A stretch of 63,408 nucleotides of DNA, filler included, from Nitrospirae bacterium CG2_30_53_67 (GCA_001873285.1; 7 parts of 7 records of this genome joined end to end with filler, not necessarily neighbours in it); one strand, 5' to 3'; numbered from the whole stretch's first letter, positions 38,611-48,940 are shown. Translations and numbers: made by a program. The notes: generated by a model not told the origin, from the sequence alone.

Positions 38611-39825
38611 ATGAAAATACCAACGCAGCAGCAGATCATCGAAGCCTCGGAGAAGTATCTGATGAAGACCTATGCCCGGGTTCCCGTGGCGCTTGTCCGG
38701 GGCGAGGGGAGCAGGGTCTTCGACGCGGACGGAAAGAGCTATATTGACTTTCTGGCCGGCATTGCCGTAAACGGGCTGGGGCACGGCCATCCTGCGCTCC
38801 TGCAGGCGATCCAGGAACAATCCAAAAAGCTCCTGCACGTCTCCAATCTGTACCATATCGAACCTCAGGCCGAGCTGGCCCGCCTTCTGGTCGAGCATTC
38901 GTTTGCAGACAAGGTCTTTTTCTGCAACAGCGGGGCAGAGGCCAACGAGGCCGCGATCAAGCTGGCACGGAAGGCAGCGAAAGACCGGGGGGAGCCGGAT
39001 CGGTTCGAGATCATCACCATGACGCAGTCCTTTCACGGCAGGACCCTGGCCACGCTCACGGCCACGGGACAGGAAAAGTTTCACAAGGGGTTTGAGCCGC
39101 TTGTGCCTGGGTTCCGGTATATTCCCTTCAACGACATCCGGGCCGCGGAAAAGGCCGTTGACGGCAAAACCTGCGCTGTCCTGGTGGAGCCGGTGCAAGG
39201 AGAAGGGGGGATCAATGTGGCAAGTCTTGACTATCTGCCGGCCCTTCGGTCCATCTGTGAAAAACGCGGCGCCCTCCTGATTTTTGATGAAGTGCAGTGC
39301 GGCATGGGGAGAACGGGCCGGCTCTTTGCCTGCGAACATTTCGGGGTCTGGCCCGATATCATGACCCTGGCCAAATCCCTGGCCGGAGGGATCCCCATCG
39401 GGGCCATGCTGGCCCGGGATGAAGTCGCCAAGAGCTTCACGCCGGGGACGCACGCCTCCACCTTCGGAGGCAATCCCCTATCCTGTGCAGCCGGTATCGC
39501 GGTGATGAAGACACTCCTCTCCCCCGGGTTCATGGAAAACGTAAAGGCCCGTTCAGATTATTTTCAGGGGCGGCTGCTCAAAATCAAGGAGACCCATCCG
39601 GTCATCCGGGAGATCCGCGCCCTCGGACTCATGATCGGGATGGAGATCACGGTTGAGGGTGCGCCGATAGTCAAGGCCTGCATGGAAAAAGGATTCCTGA
39701 TCAACTGCACCAACGGCAATGTGCTCCGGTTCCTGCCTCCGCTGATCATCAGGGATGAGGAGATCGATCTGCTCATGGAGGCGCTGGACGAGATTTTTCA
39801 AGTCGGAGATTTCGCTTTAAAATAA
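38611..39825 (+). CDS. argD: acetylornithine aminotransferase
   Basis: YIDFLAGIAV, FFCNSGAEANEAAIK, SFHGRT, DEVQCGMGRTG, TLAKSLAGG, HASTFGGNP; start at ATG 38611. Confidence 0.95.
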   Translation: MKIPTQQQIIEASEKYLMKTYARVPVALVRGEGSRVFDADGKSYIDFLAGIAVNGLGHGHPALLQAIQEQSKKLLHVSNLYHIEPQAELARLLVEHSFADKVFFCNSGAEANEAAIKLARKAAKDRGEPDRFEIITMTQSFHGRTLATLTATGQEKFHKGFEPLVPGFRYIPFNDIRAAEKAVDGKTCAVLVEPVQGEGGINVASLDYLPALRSICEKRGALLIFDEVQCGMGRTGRLFACEHFGVWPDIMTLAKSLAGGIPIGAMLARDEVAKSFTPGTHASTFGGNPLSCAAGIAVMKTLLSPGFMENVKARSDYFQGRLLKIKETHPVIREIRALGLMIGMEITVEGAPIVKACMEKGFLINCTNGNVLRFLPPLIIRDEEIDLLMEALDEIFQVGDFALK

Positions 39826-40083
39826 GGATCATCTCCAAAAGAGTGGGTGAAAACATAAGGGGTCAAGGGGTCGAGGATTCGAGGGGTCAAGTGAAGTGCT
39901 TTTCAAGACTTGAGGGTCCGAGGGTCCAAGGATTCAAGGGGCCGAGTGAAGTGCTAAAAACATCAGAGGTCAAGGGTGCCGGTGTTTTTCTCTGGAGATT
40001 TTGCTTGCGTTTCAGTATTTCACTTGAACCCTTGAACCCTGGAACCCTTGGATCCTTTTTATCTACTAAATGGTAGAAGAACC
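39826..40083. mobile_element. MITE family B, copy 2, with perfect 8-bp target-site duplication
   Basis: TAAAATAA at 39818-39825 and 40084-40091; ends GGATCATCT / AGAAGAACC. Confidence 0.85.
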
Positions 40084-40128
40084 TAAAATAATGATGTGTG
40101 GCCTTTGCAATTTGCTGAGAGCTTGTAT

Positions 40129-41061
40129 ATGAAAAAAGACCTTTTATCCCTTCATCACCTGAGCCGAGAGGATATCGAGCTGATCCTGGAGAGGTCCGCA
40201 GGCCTGAAAAAAAAGCACAAGGCCGGCATCCCCTATCAGCCTCTCCTCGGGAAATGCCTGGGGATGATCTTTGAAAAGTCCTCCACGAGGACGAGGGTCT
40301 CCTTCGAGGTGGGGATCCTTCAACTCGGCGGCCATGCCCTGTTTCTGAGTTCCAAAGATCTCCAGCTCGGACGCGGGGAGTCCATTGCCGATACCGCCAA
40401 GGTCCTTTCCCGCTACATCGACGGGATCGTCATCCGGACCTATAAACAGTCGGACGTGGAGGAGCTGGCCAAAGTAGCCGATATCCCCGTGATCAACGGA
40501 CTGACCGACCTGCTCCATCCCTGCCAGACCCTGGCCGACCTCTTCACGATCAGGGAACGGATCGGGTCCCTTGAAGGGTTCAAGGCAGCCTATATCGGCG
40601 ACGGAAACAATATGGCCAACTCCTGGCTGCACGGCGCGGCCAAACTTGGAATCCACCTCTCCGTGGCCTCGCCTCCGGGGTATGGGCCTGATGCGACGGT
40701 CGCCCGTGAGTCCATAGAGGAGGCCCGGCATACGGGGGCCAGGATTCTGATCACCCAGGACCCCGTGGAGGCGGTGACCGGGGCCCGGATTATCTCCACC
40801 GATGTCTGGACCAGTATGGGACAGGAAAAAGAACATGACCAACGGCTGAAGGCCTTCAGAAAATACCAGGTCAATGACGCATTAACAAGACATGCAGATC
40901 CCGGCTACCTGTTCATGCACTGCCTCCCGGCTCACCGGGGTGAAGAGGTCACAGGCGAGATCATCGACGGACCGCACTCCGTGGTCCTGGATGAGGCGGA
41001 GAACCGGCTCCATACCCAGAAGGCCGTGCTGGAACTTTTAATGGGAGAGATGAGGAAATGA
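40129..41061 (+). CDS. argF: ornithine carbamoyltransferase
   Basis: [47 protein letters not shown]. Confidence 0.97.
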   Translation: MKKDLLSLHHLSREDIELILERSAGLKKKHKAGIPYQPLLGKCLGMIFEKSSTRTRVSFEVGILQLGGHALFLSSKDLQLGRGESIADTAKVLSRYIDGIVIRTYKQSDVEELAKVADIPVINGLTDLLHPCQTLADLFTIRERIGSLEGFKAAYIGDGNNMANSWLHGAAKLGIHLSVASPPGYGPDATVARESIEEARHTGARILITQDPVEAVTGARIISTDVWTSMGQEKEHDQRLKAFRKYQVNDALTRHADPGYLFMHCLPAHRGEEVTGEIIDGPHSVVLDEAENRLHTQKAVLELLMGEMRK

Positions 41062-42260
41062 AGAAGAAGATCCGAAAGATCGTGGTCGCCTACTCCGGCG
41101 GTCTTGACACGTCCGTGATCGTACGCTGGATCAGGGAGACCTACAAGTGCGAGGTCATCACCTTTACCGCCGATCTCGGGCAGGGAGAAGAGCTCACGGG
41201 GATCGAGGAAAAAGCCAGAGAGACCGGGGCCTCCAAGGCTGTTGTTTCGGATCTCCGGGAAGAGTTTGTTCGTGACTATGTGTTTCCGGCCCTGCAGGGG
41301 AACGCCGTGTACGAGGGAGGTTATCTCCTGGGAACCTCCCTGGCCCGGCCGCTGATCGCCAAATACCTGATCCGGATCGCGGAACAGGAAGGGGCCGATG
41401 CCATTGCGCACGGGGCCACGGGTAAGGGAAACGACCAGGTCCGATTTGAGCTTTCGGCTTATGCCCTGAACCCTGAGATCCGCGTGGTGGCCCCCTGGCG
41501 GGAATGGGACATGAATTCCCGTGAGGCCCTGATCGCCTATGCCAAAATCCGTTCGATCCCGGTCCCCGTGACCAAGCAAAGGCCCTACAGCAGCGACCGG
41601 AATCTCTTTCACATCAGTTTTGAGGGGGGGATCCTGGAGGATCCCTGGTCTCCGCCGCCCGAGGACATGTTTGTCCTCACGGTCTCACCGGAGAAGGCCC
41701 CGGACACTCCCGAAATCGTGGAGATAGACTTTGTTGACGGGATACCCACCGCCGTAAACGGCAAGGCCCTTTCCCCGGCTGCGCTTCTGTCCGAACTCAA
41801 CCGTCTCGGCGGCATCCACGGCATCGGACGACTGGACCTGGTGGAGAACCGTTTCGTGGGGATGAAGTCCCGGGGAGTCTACGAGACGCCGGGCGGAACC
41901 ATCCTGCATACCGCCCACCGGGCCGTGGAGTCGATCACCATGGACCGGGAGGTCATGCACTTAAGGGACGCCCTGATCCCCAAGTTTGCCGAGCTGATCT
42001 ACAATGGGTTTTGGTTCTCCCCGGAAATGGATCTCCTGAGAAAGACCATGCAGGAGGCGCAGCGAGGCGTCACGGGCACGGCCAGGCTCAAGCTCTACAA
42101 GGGGAACTGTACAATACTGGGGAGGAAATCGGACCGGTCTCTCTATCATCCCGGATACGCGACCTTTGAGGCGGATCAGGTCTATAATCAGCAGGATGCT
42201 GAAGGATTCATCAAGCTCAATGCCCTCAGGCTCCGGATCCGCAAGATGAGGGAGAAGTAG
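41058..42260 (+). CDS. argG: argininosuccinate synthase
   Basis: [43 protein letters not shown]. Confidence 0.98.
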   Translation: MKKKIRKIVVAYSGGLDTSVIVRWIRETYKCEVITFTADLGQGEELTGIEEKARETGASKAVVSDLREEFVRDYVFPALQGNAVYEGGYLLGTSLARPLIAKYLIRIAEQEGADAIAHGATGKGNDQVRFELSAYALNPEIRVVAPWREWDMNSREALIAYAKIRSIPVPVTKQRPYSSDRNLFHISFEGGILEDPWSPPPEDMFVLTVSPEKAPDTPEIVEIDFVDGIPTAVNGKALSPAALLSELNRLGGIHGIGRLDLVENRFVGMKSRGVYETPGGTILHTAHRAVESITMDREVMHLRDALIPKFAELIYNGFWFSPEMDLLRKTMQEAQRGVTGTARLKLYKGNCTILGRKSDRSLYHPGYATFEADQVYNQQDAEGFIKLNALRLRIRKMREK

Positions 42261-42295
42261 ATCCATAAAATTGCGGATTCTTGCTGGTTCCCTTA

Positions 42296-42478
42296 GTGGT
42301 CCAGTTCGTAAATATGGTAACGTACCGACTTGTACTCGGTTTACCGGTAGAGGGTCGCAAGGCGGTTTCATCTCCGCGCGCGACTGAGGCGTACCCCCCT
42401 GGTACACCGCAAGGAGCGGAACGGAGAGAAGGCCGCCTTGCGGCCCTCGAATACTACCGTATTTACGAATACGGCCGC
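42296..42478. mobile_element. MITE family A, copy 2
   Basis: TTA|GTGGTCCAGTTCGTAAATA ... TATTTACGAATACGGCCGC|TTA. Confidence 0.82.
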
Positions 42479-42499
42479 TTAGCATCTTAATTTTTTTTT

Positions 42500-42654
42500 G
42501 GTTCATCTCCAAAAGAGTGGGTGAAAACATCAGGGGTCAAGGGGTCAAGGATTCCAGGGGTCAAGTGAAGTGCTTTTCAAGACTTGAGGGTCCGAGGGTC
42601 CAAGGATTCAAGGGGCCGAGTGAAGTGCTAAAAACATCAGAGGTCAAGGGTGCC
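42500..42654. mobile_element. MITE family B, copy 3 (cut by contig end)
   Basis: Near identical to the left part of 39826-40083. Confidence 0.8.
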
Positions 42655-42754
42655 NNNNNNNNNNNNNNNNNNNNNNNNNNNNNNNNNNNNNNNNNNNNTT
42701 AATTAATTAANNNNNNNNNNNNNNNNNNNNNNNNNNNNNNNNNNNNNNNNNNNN
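42655..42754. other. artificial contig-joining spacer
   Basis: N-run/TTAATTAATTAA/N-run. Confidence 0.97.
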
Positions 42755-43648
42755 AAAGACCGTAGAGACCACGCTCGGATCCTTGATGGGGAAACAAATT
42801 TTTTCCAGGTCTTCGGGGGTTTCCCAGAGTCCCACGGCCTTCCATGCCTGGACCTGGTCTCCCTTGATGATAAAGAGGATGACCCGTTCCAGCCGGGCGT
42901 TCGCATAGGCGGTAAGGGTGTCTGCGATATCTTCCCTGTTCTTTGCCTGTGCCAGGTTTAGGGACGCGCCCTCGAATGTCGTCAGGTCAATGGCCGGTTC
43001 GGGTTCGGGCGCTCCCGCGGGCATGGGTACGGGCGCGGGTACCGGCTCCGGCGGCCTGGCTTCGATGCTGACGGGCGGCGCGCTTGGGGCAGGGAGGGGC
43101 GCTTTTGCTTTCTCCGTCATCTGCTGAGCCGCGCGCTCTTCCTGGATCTTCTTTTTCTCCTCCCATTCCTTCCGCCTTTTCTTCTCCTCTTCGGGGATGG
43201 AGATAAACCGCATCTCCCTTCGGATCCGGTAGTTCTTCTCCAGCAGGAAACTCATCTTCGACTCGGTGGTCACAAAGGGTTTGATGACCTTGCCGGTGAT
43301 GAAGCTGATCTCGTTGACGGCCTCCATGTTCGTCGGGTCCATCATGGCGAGATGGATCCTTCCCTTGGGGGATTCAAAGGGGCAGACCCGGTACTTCCGT
43401 GCAAGGTCTTCGGGGATCTCCTGAATGACGGCGGGATCAATCTCTCTGAGCTTGACCGGATCTGCAATGGAGACATGCAGGGTGTGGCTCAGGGCTTCCA
43501 GGAGTTGTTCCTCGGTAATGTAAAAAAGTTCCAGGAGATTGGTCCCGATCCTTCCGCCGAAAATGACCTGTCTCTGCAGGGCCTCGCTGCACTGCTCCCC
43601 GCTCACGTAACCTTTGTCGATCAGATATTGTGTCAGTTTTGGTCTCAT
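42755..43648 (-). CDS. MshEN/GspE-N-terminal domain protein without visible ATPase (3'-truncated)
   Basis: KLTQYLIDKGYVSGEQCSEALQRQ..GGRIGTNLLE tandem motif, IHLAMMDP, Pro-rich linker, REDIAD..ERVILF segment. Confidence 0.78.
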
Positions 43649-43712
43649 AGGTTGAACAGTCACTATCCGGGTTTCAGTCCCTTTCCCGTATCGGGGAGGG
43701 AGGCAAGCGGAC

Positions 43713-45122
43713 TTAAAGGGCGAAAGGCCCGGTCTTCTGCCGTTGCAGATCGATCTCCGCGGCATGGATCAGATCTATAGCCGATTGCACCTCTGTCTCT
43801 TCCATGGATGAAACGCCCACCTGCACGGAAACACCCAATTCGTGCAGGGTAGGGTTCTTGAACGCCAGTTTCTGGAATCGTTTGGCCTGTACGGTCGCGC
43901 CGATCAGGCTGGTCTCCGGGAGGAGGATGGCAAAATCGTCACCCTGGCACCTGGCAGCCAGGTCGGATTTGCGGATGGACTCATTGATCAGACGTCCGAT
44001 GATCCGCAGGGCCTGGTCCCCTTTTTCGATCCCGTGGATCTCGTTCACCTTCCTGAACTGGTTGATGTCGATCAGGATGAGCGACAGATGGCTCTTATAG
44101 CGTTTGGCCCGGTAGATCTCCTTTTCACCGGCTTCAAGAAAACTGTAATAGCCGCAGAGATTGGTGAGAGAGTCGAAGGATGCCACCGCGGTTTTATCGT
44201 TGTGTTCAACCGATTCAAAGACCTGGGCATTGAGCAGAGCGGACTTGGCGGCGTTGGATATTCCTTTCAGGAACCGTATCTCCCGTTCATTGAATGTCTC
44301 CTTGGACCGCGCCGTGCTCAGGAGGAGCGTTCCGATCAGGTCGTCTCCATGCGTGATCGGGACCACCATGAGGGAGAAACATCCGATCTCGTGCAGGATC
44401 TCCCGCACCATGGACATTCGTTCATCCTTGTCTATATCGGGAATTACGACCACGCTCCTCCGTTGAAGCGCTTCCATGATCTCCGGATACTTGTTCAGGT
44501 CGATCTTCAGATCCTGAATCTCCGGCCCGTCGCTGGTGGCCTCTACGATCCCTTCAGACATGTTCTTACCGATCCGGATCACGGAACAGCGTTTGACCTG
44601 GATATGTTCGGAGATCTTCTGGACCAGGCAGTAGAGAATATCCCGGGTTTTTTTCTTGGCGTGAAGTGTGGTGATCAGCTGATTGGTGACGAACAGGTCT
44701 TCCTTTTCGTTTTTGATCTGGTCCATCCTTTTCTTGATCTGGAGGTGGCGCCGTATGTGCGCCAGGAGGAGATCCGCATCAAAGGGTTTGGTGACATAAT
44801 CATTCGCCCCCAGTTCAAAACCGGTCTGGATATCCTTTCCCTTATCCTGAGAGGTCACCATAATGACCGGGATATCCTGGGTGTGATGGTTTTCCCGGAT
44901 GGTTTTCAGGACCTTGAGCCCGTCCATGTCGGGCATGATAATATCAAGGAGGATCAGGTCCGGCGAAAAAACCGCGGCCTTCTGGAGGGCCTCAATTCCG
45001 TTTCCTGCATCTTCGACGATGTAATGGTTTTGGACCAAGAGGTTCTTCAGGGTGGAGCGGATGCTCACGTTGTCATCGGCGATGAGAATTTTATCATGTT
45101 TTATCAATGTGTTACGCTCCAT
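43713..45122 (-). CDS. REC-GAF-degenerate GGDEF response regulator
   Basis: ADD, DLILLDIIMPDMDG, YVTKPF; GAF-like middle; RKSDLAARCQGDDF at the GGDEF position; start could be 45170. Confidence 0.85.
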   Translation of the reverse strand: MERNTLIKHDKILIADDNVSIRSTLKNLLVQNHYIVEDAGNGIEALQKAAVFSPDLILLDIIMPDMDGLKVLKTIRENHHTQDIPVIMVTSQDKGKDIQTGFELGANDYVTKPFDADLLLAHIRRHLQIKKRMDQIKNEKEDLFVTNQLITTLHAKKKTRDILYCLVQKISEHIQVKRCSVIRIGKNMSEGIVEATSDGPEIQDLKIDLNKYPEIMEALQRRSVVVIPDIDKDERMSMVREILHEIGCFSLMVVPITHGDDLIGTLLLSTARSKETFNEREIRFLKGISNAAKSALLNAQVFESVEHNDKTAVASFDSLTNLCGYYSFLEAGEKEIYRAKRYKSHLSLILIDINQFRKVNEIHGIEKGDQALRIIGRLINESIRKSDLAARCQGDDFAILLPETSLIGATVQAKRFQKLAFKNPTLHELGVSVQVGVSSMEETEVQSAIDLIHAAEIDLQRQKTGPFAL

Positions 45123-45249
45123 TCTCGGAAATTCTAAACAGGCCAAGACTTCTGATTCGTATACTACCATAATAAAAGAAAAACATCTGTTTTGACAAGG
45201 ATTTTTATTGGTTTTATTGACATGCCGATTTACCAGTGTTATCCCTTCC

Positions 45250-45278
45250 TTGACACTGCGGCGGGCATCTGATAGAGT
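45250..45278 (+). promoter_or_regulatory. sigma70-type promoter of the radical SAM operon
   Basis: TTGACA-17 nt-TAGAGT with extended -10 TG. Confidence 0.6.
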
Positions 45279-45315
45279 TCAAAAAATTCAAGAACCTATC
45301 CGGAGATCCAACTTG

Positions 45316-45390
45316 ATGAACCGAGACCACCGTACGTTTGCATTTCTTTTTCTCCTTTTCCTTCCTACGGTCGATCTCCTCTTTCCTTGA
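45316..45390 (+). CDS. candidate leader peptide MNRDHRTFAFLFLLFLPTVDLLFP
   Basis: GGAGA about 9 nt upstream of ATG; lies between promoter and first gene; Phe/Leu run. Confidence 0.35.
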   Translation: MNRDHRTFAFLFLLFLPTVDLLFP

Positions 45391-45487
45391 CCCTGACCAG
45401 CCTGAGTTCTGTTTGCCGTGAAGGCGCCAAGACACAAAGAGGATTGTGAGCGGGTATTCCCCCATTATGTGAGACAGTGAGTATCTT

Positions 45488-46648
45488 ATGCCGTTGCAGA
45501 ACACAACATTCAAACCCGACACGATCCGTTATAAGGATGTCCATGCGGAATTGAAAAGCGTCCTGACGGAGATCCGGAGCCATGATCAAAAGGTTTTATT
45601 TGAGCCGGGCCGCGCCCTCTCTTCGGATATCCGGATCGGATATCTGCAGGGGCGGACGGTGCAGAGGCTGGTCATCACGCTCCGGTCCCCGGGCTGTGCG
45701 TGGGTCCGCAAGGGGGGCGGGTGCACCATGTGCGGGCATTATCCGGGGACCACGCAAGGAACGGCGCTTTCGCCTCAGGATTTTTCGGCTCAGTTCAGGA
45801 GGGAGGCCGCGCGCTACCGAGGACGGGACCTGCCGATACTCTGCCTGTACAACTCCGGGTCGGTGCTCAATGAAGAAGAGATCCCGGAAGAGGCCCTTGC
45901 AGGGATATTCGAAGAGATCGAGCGAATGAAGGAGGTCCGCAAGGTTGTTCTGGAGAGCAGGCCTGAGTATTGTTCCGAGGAGAAGATCGCCTGGATCAGA
46001 AAACGCATCGGCGGGAAAGATTTGGAGATCGCCATGGGGCTCGAGTCCTGCAATGACCGGGTCCTCTCCCTGACCCTGAACAAGGGCTTCGTCTCGGAGG
46101 ATTTCCGCCGGATGGCTGAGAGGATCCGGCAGTATGTGGCGATCCGGATTTATGTGCTGCTCAAGGGTCCCTTTCTGACCGAGTCGGAGGCCATCGAGGA
46201 TGCGGTCTCCTCCATCGAATTTGCCCGTACGCTTTCACCGAGCGAGATTCATCTTGAGCCGGCCACGCTGCAGAAACACACCTTGCTCCATTCTTTGCAC
46301 CAGGCCGGGCTGTATGATCTCCCCTGGCTCTGGAGCATCTATGAGGTGCTCAGCCGTGTTGGCGCCGAAAACAGGGTTTATGTCAGCCCGTTCAATCATA
46401 TGCCGAGGCCGGTCCATATTCCTGAAAACTGCCCTGACTGTTCGGAGCAAGTGCGGGACCTGCTCACCCGGCGCTACAATGAAACCTTTGACCTGCAGCC
46501 TGTCCGGCAGTTTCCCTGCGCCTGCAGAGAGAGGTGGGAACACGCCCTCAAAGAAGAGGATCCGAGACCGCTGGCACAGCGGATCCTTGAAGGGCTGCGG
46601 GTGATCCGGCAAGCAGGCGGCCTCCATCGTATGGAGGCCGGATCATGA
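45488..46648 (+). CDS. RaSEA/TIGR01210-like radical SAM protein
   Basis: LRSPGCAWVRKGGGCTMCG (Cx8Cx2C), YNSGS, ESRPEY, EIAMGLES, NKGF, YVLLKGPFLTESEAIED, PWLWSI.EVL, NCPDC, CAC...W. Confidence 0.85.
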   Translation: MPLQNTTFKPDTIRYKDVHAELKSVLTEIRSHDQKVLFEPGRALSSDIRIGYLQGRTVQRLVITLRSPGCAWVRKGGGCTMCGHYPGTTQGTALSPQDFSAQFRREAARYRGRDLPILCLYNSGSVLNEEEIPEEALAGIFEEIERMKEVRKVVLESRPEYCSEEKIAWIRKRIGGKDLEIAMGLESCNDRVLSLTLNKGFVSEDFRRMAERIRQYVAIRIYVLLKGPFLTESEAIEDAVSSIEFARTLSPSEIHLEPATLQKHTLLHSLHQAGLYDLPWLWSIYEVLSRVGAENRVYVSPFNHMPRPVHIPENCPDCSEQVRDLLTRRYNETFDLQPVRQFPCACRERWEHALKEEDPRPLAQRILEGLRVIRQAGGLHRMEAGS

Positions 46649-47760
46649 GACCGAGGCCTTTCTTCATGGAGCGATGGCTCATGGCCAACCGGTTCCACGT
46701 CCGTTACAATCTGGCCGAGAGCGGTGTTTCGGATCTGACCTTAAATGAGCTTATCTCCCTCTGCGATATCGATCTCAAGGAACTGATGTCCATCAAGCTG
46801 GAAGACGAAGACACGCGCGGGAGCGAGGCGCTCCGGGAGGAGATCAGCAGTCTCTATCCGGGAAGGAGAGCTGAAGAGGTCATGGTCACCACAGGAACCA
46901 GCGAGGCCCTCTTTATCCTGTTTCATCTCCTGCTCAATCCCGGTGACACCTGCGTCGTCACCTTCCCGGCCTTTCAGGGTCTCTATGAAACCGCCCGCTC
47001 ACTTTCCTGCCGGATCAAATTCTGGGAACTCCGGATTGAAGAAGGCTTTGTGCCGGATTTAAACCGCCTTGCCGATCTCATGGACGACCGGACCCGCCTG
47101 GTGGTGGTGAACACCCCCCATAATCCGACCGGCAAGATCATCCCCATGGAGACGCTGAGCGAGGTTCACCGTCTCTGTCGAGAACGCGGGGCCTACCTGC
47201 TCATGGATGAACATTATCGTTTTCTCCCGCTCAACGGCTCCGCGGGGATCCTCCCCTCGGCCGTGACCCTGGGCGGGGACGTGATCGGGACCGGTTCCAT
47301 TGTCAAATGCTTCGGACTCATGGGTCTTCGCATGGGGTGGATGGTCGCGCCTTTGGATCTGCTGTCGGCGGCCAGGGATTTCAAGGACTACCTCACCCAC
47401 ACGTTATCCCCGATCAGCGATTTCTTGAGTCTTAAGGCCCTGAGAAACCGGGAGGCCATCCTGTCCGTGCACCGGAGCCATGTGCTCAAGAACGCCGCCG
47501 CGCTCAATCAATGGATGAGAGGGCATGAGGCCTTCTTCGGCTGGACCCCGCCCGAGGGCGGCGTGGTCAGCTACCCCCGGATCCTGTTGGATATGGATGC
47601 TGACCGTTTCTGTCAGGATCTGATCGACCGGCAGGGGGTCTTTCTGCTCCCTGCCGGCTCCTTCGAGATGGAGGGGCATGTCCGCATCGGGTTCGGTATC
47701 CGGCATGACGCGTTCCTGGAGGCGCTGGACCGGCTGGACCGTTACCTGAAAGATATGTGA
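46645..47760 (+). CDS. class I/II PLP-dependent enzyme (VioD/capreomycidine-synthase-like subgroup)
   Basis: MERW..YNLAESG, TTGTSEAL, NTPHNPTG, DEHY, GSIVKCFGLMGLRMGW; ATGA overlap with the upstream gene. Confidence 0.88.
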   Translation: MRPRPFFMERWLMANRFHVRYNLAESGVSDLTLNELISLCDIDLKELMSIKLEDEDTRGSEALREEISSLYPGRRAEEVMVTTGTSEALFILFHLLLNPGDTCVVTFPAFQGLYETARSLSCRIKFWELRIEEGFVPDLNRLADLMDDRTRLVVVNTPHNPTGKIIPMETLSEVHRLCRERGAYLLMDEHYRFLPLNGSAGILPSAVTLGGDVIGTGSIVKCFGLMGLRMGWMVAPLDLLSAARDFKDYLTHTLSPISDFLSLKALRNREAILSVHRSHVLKNAAALNQWMRGHEAFFGWTPPEGGVVSYPRILLDMDADRFCQDLIDRQGVFLLPAGSFEMEGHVRIGFGIRHDAFLEALDRLDRYLKDM

Positions 47761-47767
47761 GGAGGGT

Positions 47768-48836
47768 ATGATGAGAATTGGATTCACCTACAACCTGAAA
47801 AAGGACAAGGTCCGGTCAGATCCGAACGGTAGGGACAATCCTGCTGAAGAAGACTGGGATGACTCGGATGCCGAGTATGAAGACCTGGAGACCATAGACG
47901 CCCTTGCAGCGGCCCTTGAGACATGCACAGAGGAGCCTGTGGTCCGCCTCCCGTGCGATCATGCTCTTCCGGCAAGGCTGGAATCCGAGCATCTTGATTT
48001 TGTTTTCAACATTGCGGAAGGGTGGGGCGGACGGAACCGGGAGGCCTTTGCCCCTTCCCTGTTCGAGATCTTCGGGATCCCTTATACTGGATCTGACGGG
48101 CTCACCCTGAGCCTGACCCTGAACAAGGTTCTGACCAAGAAGATCCTGATGGCCGAGGGGATCCCCACACCTGAATTCTTTGTGGTCAGGGATCTTGGGG
48201 AACTCAGGGATATCCCCCTTCCATTCCCCCTGTTTGTCAAACCCTGTCATGAAGGGACCAGCAAGGGGATTCGGAACTTTTCCCTGGTGAGAAACCCGGA
48301 CGAACTGGAAAGGGCCGTGTCGTGGGTCCTGATCAACTATCATCAGCCGGCGCTGGTGGAACGCTTCATCTCCGGGCCCGAGGTGGCTGTCGGCATCCTG
48401 GGGAACGGCCCGGATATCAAAATCCTCCCGCACGCGGAGATCCGTTTTACCGAGCAGAATCCCTTCTACTCGTTTGAATGCAAATCCCTGGTGGACGAGG
48501 AGATCCTCTGTCCGGCCCCCCTGAGTCCGTCCCTCACCATGCGGATAGAAGAGATCGCCCTCGCTGCCTATGAGAGCTTCGGGTGCCGGGATCTGGCCCG
48601 GCTTGACCTTCGAATCAACGAGACAGGCGAGCCTTATGTCCTCGAGATCAATCCGCTTCCAGGCCTTTCACCCCGCTACAGCCTTTTCCCGATCCAGGCT
48701 GCGGCCGCAAGCATGGACTACAAAGCGATGGTCCGTGCTCTCGTGGGGCAGGCCATGAAACGGTACAGCATGGATATGACGGGGAGGAGCGCCCGGAGGA
48801 AGCCCAAGGGCCGGGCATTGATACCCAATGAGGATG
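47768..48836 (+). CDS. D-Ala-D-Ala-ligase-like ATP-grasp enzyme (open into gap)
   Basis: RIGFTYNLK, VFNIAEG..GRNREA, PYTGSD, VKPCHEGTSKGI, RDLARLDLR, LEINPLPGL. Confidence 0.88.
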
Positions 48837-48936
48837 NNNNNNNNNNNNNNNNNNNNNNNNNNNNNNNNNNNNNNNNNNNNTTAATTAATTAANNNNNNNN
48901 NNNNNNNNNNNNNNNNNNNNNNNNNNNNNNNNNNNN
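48837..48936. other. artificial contig-joining spacer
   Basis: N-run/TTAATTAATTAA/N-run. Confidence 0.97.
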
Positions 48937-48940
48937 CGTT

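Noticed and set aside
39843..40076. Similar short ORFs MGENIRGQGV... at 39843 and 42517, and ORFs at 42281 and 56241
   Set aside because: Translations of MITE sequence; no transposase motifs.
45385..45470. tgaccagcctgagt as the start of a HEARO/omega RNA
   Set aside because: Only a short word matches and the downstream gene is not IscB/HNH.
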